DNA of 55,923 nucleotides, the filler included, from Squatina squatina (Eukaryota), in NCBI GenBank assembly GCA_031763465.1. It is 3 parts of one record of this genome, joined end to end, with 100 filler letters (N's around TTAATTAATTAA, not from the genome) between each part and the next. Parts side by side here need not be neighbours in the genome. Positions count along the whole stretch, not along the records: positions 38,363 to 55,923 come from JARFOE010000016.1; 2 more parts are not named here. One strand, 5' to 3'. Positions 50,959 through 55,923 of the stretch are shown piece after piece. How positions within the stretch are numbered: the stretch's first letter is position 1; every line of letters starts with the position of its first letter. A model generated the notes under the pieces. The model was given only the letters and a program-made list of their open reading frames with translations. It was not told the DNA's origin and made no database searches. Made by a program: the position numbers and the translations under genes.

Positions 50959-52856
50959 TTTATTAAATCACAATTCCCATCTCCCTCAGGCCACAGCACT
51001 ACTTTGTAACATAAATACCTTATTTTCTTAATAAACTACAAAGGATTTTATAATGAAGTTGCTGTATGTTCAAAGACATAGAACAGTTTTGAATCTAAAC
51101 TGCCGTAAGCATCAACACAATACACATTGCAGCTTTAAAACTGTTAAAAATTTTGAGATGATTAATATATATTTCATGTCTTTTACTAAAAGCATTCAGA
51201 CTTCTGTTTTAAAATTGAAAGGTGTATTTATCAAAAACAATGCAAAGTATCCAAGAAAATCCATATACAAGATATTGTGGGACTCAAAAGGTGCACTGAC
51301 GGCTGGAACCTATTATTCTTTATTCCTGAGGTTCACTGTTAATTTTAACTGCAGCCTTTCTCACCCAATGTTTAATCCACTGATATAAATTTCTTTGAGA
51401 GCTTATTTTCTACAACATAAAGAGACATCATTATAGCTGATGGTTTGGGTGTGCAGCATAAAAAGATATCAAATGCTAAAATGACACATAAAATCAAAAT
51501 AGTTAACACACATTTGTGATCAAAATGAACTAAACACTATTTTAAACTTTTAGCTAATCCTATACAGAAACTCTTTTTTAAAAAATAAAGTTTGAAATAA
51601 TAAAAAAATGTCAGTGTGGCTATAACTCATCTAGACTAGGCAAAAAGGAATGGCTTTCATAAAGAACGACCTAATTACCTACCTAAATTATAAATATACA
51701 TAGAAGACAAGCACAGGTTGTATNNNNNNNNNNNNNNNNNNNNNNNNNNNNNNNNNNNNNNNNNNNNNNNNNNNNNNNNNNNNNNNNNNNNNNNNNNNNN
51801 NNNNNNNNNNNNNNNNNNNNNNNNNNNNNNNNNNNNNNNNNNNNNNNNNNNNNNNNNNNNNNNNNNNNNNNNNNNNNNNNNNNNNNNNNNNNNNNNNNNN
51901 NNNNNNNNNNNNNNNNNNNNNNNNNNNNNNNNNNNNNNNNNNNNNNNNNNNNNNNNNNNNNNNNNNNNNNNNNNNNNNNNNNNNNNNNNNNNNNNNNNNN
52001 NNNNNNNNNNNNNNNNNNNNNNNNNNNNNNNNNNNNNNNNNNNNNNNNNNNNNNNNNNNNNNNNNNNNNNNNNNNNNNNNNNNNNNNNNNNNNNNNNNNN
52101 NNNNNNNNNNNNNNNNNNNNNNNNNNNNNNNNNNNNNNNNNNNNNNNNNNNNNNNNNNNNNNNNNNNNNNNNNNNNNNNNNNNNNNNNNNNNNNNNNNNN
52201 NNNNNNNNNNNGATGAAAATGTAAAAAGGTAATAGAAGCAATGGGTACATAGAGTTATAACTCAAAGGTACTTTGCAATAAAGATTAGTATTTTGACCAT
52301 ATTTACAGGATTTTATATTATGAAAAAACATTTTAAATGTTTCTTTAAATCTGAAATGTGGAATTGCCTGAGAAACAAATTTATAGAAACAGTATCCATT
52401 TACTCAGGTTAAAGGCAGCAGTTTATTACTGTTCTCTAGAACACTCTCTCCTGTGCATATAAGGACAACCTTTCCTATACATTTGTTTTTGACATTCTTC
52501 CAAAAATTGTAGTCTTTCCAGATTCACTTATTCTTTCACCATCTGCAATTTAATGCTTAAAAGATGCTTCAACAGAAGATTCAACTAAATTAAGAGGATT
52601 ACTGTGGCATCTTTGATAGATATTAAATGCCACTAACAAGCATTTCCAATTATGCTACAGACCAAGTGGAGCCAACCTACCAGAGTACCACACAAAAGCA
52701 CCGTACTCCCACTGAGAAAGGTCTGTAAAAACAGTTTAAATGGACACTGTCTCTAACCTGGAATGATCTCAAATGTGTTAACTTTATGTCACACATGTAA
52801 CAGCGTTAGTGTCAGGCCAATACATTTTTAATGGAAAATATTTCTCAGTCCTAACT
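50959..52856 (-). other. PHF2: Putative PHF2 3' UTR with candidate poly(A) signal AATAAA at 50959-50964
   Basis: AT-rich, repeat-free stretch after the stop codon. The minus-strand AATAAA is followed ~25 nt later by GU-rich ctgtttttggggtg. An earlier AATAAA lies at 52422-52427. Confidence 0.5.
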
Positions 52857-52945
52857 TTACAGAAGAAGCTTTCCATTCCTATGTATTTTTAGTATCTTCC
52901 CAAGTCTCTGTTTAGCGGTTGCCATTCCCTTCTTTAACCGTTTTC
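52857..52945 (-). CDS. PHF2: PHF2 last coding exon
   Basis: gttatttttcag|GA AAA CGG...CTT CTG TAA reads (G)[28 protein letters not shown]. Confidence 0.9.
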
Positions 52946-53807
52946 CTGAAAAATAACAACATATATAATTAGTGTGCTTGATATGTGAATATTTGTTAGC
53001 ATATATACAAAATTTGTTTTACATCTCCAGCCACCCACATTTGAATTTAATGTAAGCACATACTCTGTGATAATGTAGACCTAATGCAACACCTATAAAG
53101 CAGTGCCGACAATGAGTTGCTAAGACTTAGAAGGTATTTATCTGAATCCTTATTGCTGTAAAAATCTTGATTTAAAATTTATTATACTAGATCACTATGG
53201 GACTGTTACATATCAAGCTGTTTCGGAAAATGTTTGTTGCTATTTATAGAATTTTATTTCTAAAATGCTTCAACTAACACATTAACTGTTAGCGATAAGA
53301 CTCCTATGCGATATGCAAGTGTGGGATTGATGGTGTTCATCTGCATCTGGTACGGGAGTGTCAAAATTGTTACTGTACCTTATATCACTATTATATTCAA
53401 GCAAAAGGTCTGAATGGCGAAGAAAAAAAGTATTCCTCATCGAAAAATGTTTCTACATATGGCATAAGTAAAACATAGTTTGGATGTAGTTATGCACAGT
53501 AAATAGAATTCTTTTTGCCACTCTTGTATTTAATTTGCATGAAAGTAATTCACTTTGATGGGCTGGGTTTATAAATTAAACCCTCTGAATGCCACATCTG
53601 AGACACCACTAGCCCAGAGGCTAAAAATGATGCCTTCAAAACAGATGGGACAGATGCAATGACTGTCAAAGGTGTAAATTCTTTTTAGAAAAAAATTCAG
53701 CATGGAAAAGGTAAATCCTGAGTGTAACTTCAAATTAAACTGTGATTGTACGTAAGAAGGGACAGCATCCAATCGAGCAAAGTGCAACCTCAGGCTGATG
53801 TGCTCAA

Positions 53808-53939
53808 CAGATGAGAATTTTTTTTAAGCAGCGAGCTGTTACGATTTGGAATGCACTGCCTGAAATGGTGGTGGAAGCAGATTCAACAGTAACTTTCAAA
53901 AGGGAATTGGATATATACTTAAAGAGGAAAGAATTGCAG
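53808..53939 (+). mobile_element. CR1-like LINE 3' ORF2 fragment (antisense in PHF2 intron)
   Basis: FFKQRAVTIWNALPEMVVEADSTVTFKRELDIYL is the CR1 C-terminal motif. Confidence 0.85.
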
Positions 53940-54039
53940 NNNNNNNNNNNNNNNNNNNNNNNNNNNNNNNNNNNNNNNNNNNNNNNNNNNNNNNNNNNNN
54001 NNNNNNNNNNNNNNNNNNNNNNNNNNNNNNNNNNNNNNN

Positions 54040-54147
54040 GCTGAGATAATTTTGCAGCAGCTGCTGCTAATCCGGTTTCTATTGAGGCAACTCTTGCTCC
54101 TTCTCGTGTTGGTCTGTCGTGCCGAGGGACAGATGGTGTAACTCTGG
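54040..54147 (-). CDS. PHF2: PHF2 internal exon (truncated by gap)
   Basis: aattttttag|CC AGA GTT... reads (A)[35 protein letters not shown], and its phase matches the upstream exon (G+CC = Ala). Confidence 0.88.
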
Positions 54148-55507
54148 CTAAAAAATTACAAAAGTATTTATTTGCAGTTGTTGCATGTTGTGTATAGACC
54201 ATAACCTTAGGCTATTTATTATTTTAAAACCTATTGTCTAACTTGGATAATGAGGGTAATGCTTCATCAAAAGTACCTTTTGCTAAATGTCAGTTTTGAT
54301 TAGTTTGGTAGAAGCTTCACAACACTGACAGCAAAGATATGTCATCCTTAAAATGTTTTTTCACTCATTTTAAACTGAATTGAATTGTTCTCAGTTAATG
54401 ATATGACTGGGATTGAAACGTATTTATCATTACTGGACAATGCACATGTGTTACACCATTTTCTTTGGCATGTTGGAATATAATTAAAAATGTTCCACAA
54501 ATTATTTTGATCCACTGAAATTTGAAAAATTATAGGGGGAGATAACTCTACAAGTATGTAAAAAGAGAAAGGTGTCTACCCAAGAAGTTAAAAATATAAA
54601 TATGTAAATCTGCACATCAGTACGGTGGTCAAGAGTCAGCAATCAGTTTCTGCAGGGATACCCCCTTTGAAGCATCCANNNNNNNNNNNNNNNNNNNNNN
54701 NNNNNNNNNNNNNNNNNNNNNNNNNNNNNNNNNNNNNNNNNNNNNNNNNNNNNNNNNNNNNNNNNNNNNNNNNNNNNNNNNNNNNNNNNNNNNNNNNNNN
54801 NNNNNNNNNNNNNNNNNNNNNNNNNNNNNNNNNNNNNNNNNNNNNNNNNNNNNNNNNNNNNNNNNNNNNNNNNNNNNNNNNNNNNNNNNNNNNNNNNNNN
54901 NNNNNNNNNNNNNNNNNNNNNNNNNNNNNNNNNNNNNNNNNNNNNNNNNNNNNNNNNNNNNNNNNNNNNNNNNNNNNNNNNNNNNNNNNNNNNNNNNNNN
55001 NNNNNNNNNNNNNNNNNNNNNNNNATTGATACATATTTCCACATAGAAATCATAAATTATCATTCACAACATATTTTGTTTGTACCGTAAAATTATTGTG
55101 AAAGTAACTTGTTTTGTCTGTACCTCAAATTTAACATAGATTTTAGTGGAGGCTGTCAAGAGGGCTGGTATAATCAGGAAACCATTCTGTTACATGAACT
55201 TGCGCTCACATTTTTAAATTACCAACGAGATATAAGTAAATAATCGCCCCTTCAAGAAATAAATTAAAAATCATCTGCAAATTCAGAATCCTAAGCAATT
55301 ATATTTTATTATATTCCTTGCTAATGATTAACTATTACACTTTAGAAACAAAATTATTATTAGTGATAAAATCACAGACTGAAAGTCTAGTCCCAGGCCA
55401 GATAGCTGATATGAGAAAATATGGAGAATTTTTTTCCCAACCACATGCAGAGTGTAAAGGGATTAAAATGCTCCAAATACTAAAAGCCCCACTTGTTGCA
55501 AAAGTAC

Positions 55508-55603
55508 CTGTAGGATTCCAAGGTGTATCATCCGCACTTTTTCTCTTTTTGGACCTGGATTTGAAAACTGGATCATCATCATCAGATTCAAGTGATGGGT
55601 AAA
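55508..55603 (-). CDS. PHF2: PHF2 internal exon
   Basis: tttatgtgtttag|TT TAC...ACA G|gtactt, 96 bp, reads [31 protein letters not shown]. Confidence 0.88.
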
Positions 55604-55923
55604 CTAAACACATAAAAAGAGATTTTAGATATTCATTGTCTATATTATTTTCATGCAAATAAAACCTGCACAACTTTTATGGCCATTAAGATTCAGGAGC
55701 TTCAGCCTGGTTCCAGTAAACCGCCTTCACATTTTCCAAATATCTTTACTTCTTAATATAAAAGTCCTGAACTCTACAAGGTAACCAAGCTCTCGTCAGT
55801 TAGTCAGTTTCCAATTCTATCTCAAGGTCTAGTAAAAGAAAGATCACTGGAAAAGCTGGTCAGAATTTGTAGTCAACCCAAATAATAGGATTAAACTCTC
55901 TCCCAATATTTTGGTGCAGGGCT

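Noticed and set aside
51705-51723. let-7-like aggttgtat next to a gap (a let-7 cluster lies near PHF2 in human)
   Set aside because: The preceding bases are not TGAGGTAGT, and no hairpin is visible.
35172-52857. CPNE2 convergent with PHF2 as a novel rearrangement
   Set aside because: The two genes are separated by the artificial linker at 38263-38362, so they lie on different scaffolds.

Overview
This is fragmentary vertebrate genomic DNA, most consistent with a cartilaginous fish (shark). The repeat content (Deu-domain SacSINE1/AmnSINE1-type SINEs, LF-SINE-like copies, CR1, L2, L1 and Penelope remnants) supports this. The window is not one locus. Two artificial 100-bp spacers (44 N + TTAATTAATTAA + 44 N, at 15608-15707 and 38263-38362) join three separate scaffolds. 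Scaffold A (1-15607) has no recognisable protein, but it contains a candidate unidentified minus-strand terminal exon/3' UTR and several candidate conserved non-coding blocks. Scaffold B (15708-38262) holds scattered + strand exons of SLC12A3, NLRC5 (NACHT plus three LRR exons) and CPNE2, in the same order as human 16q13, with most exons lost in gaps. Scaffold C (38363-55923) holds the last exons and 3' UTR of a PHF2-type (KDM7 family) gene on the - strand. The most notable small features are a minimal hammerhead-ribozyme motif in a Penelope-like remnant, a false gap that splits the NLRC5 NACHT exon, and a PIF/Harbinger transposase fragment in a CPNE2 intron. I found no convincing evidence of a previously undescribed biological system. 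Homology calls come from recalled protein and repeat sequences, not from database searches.
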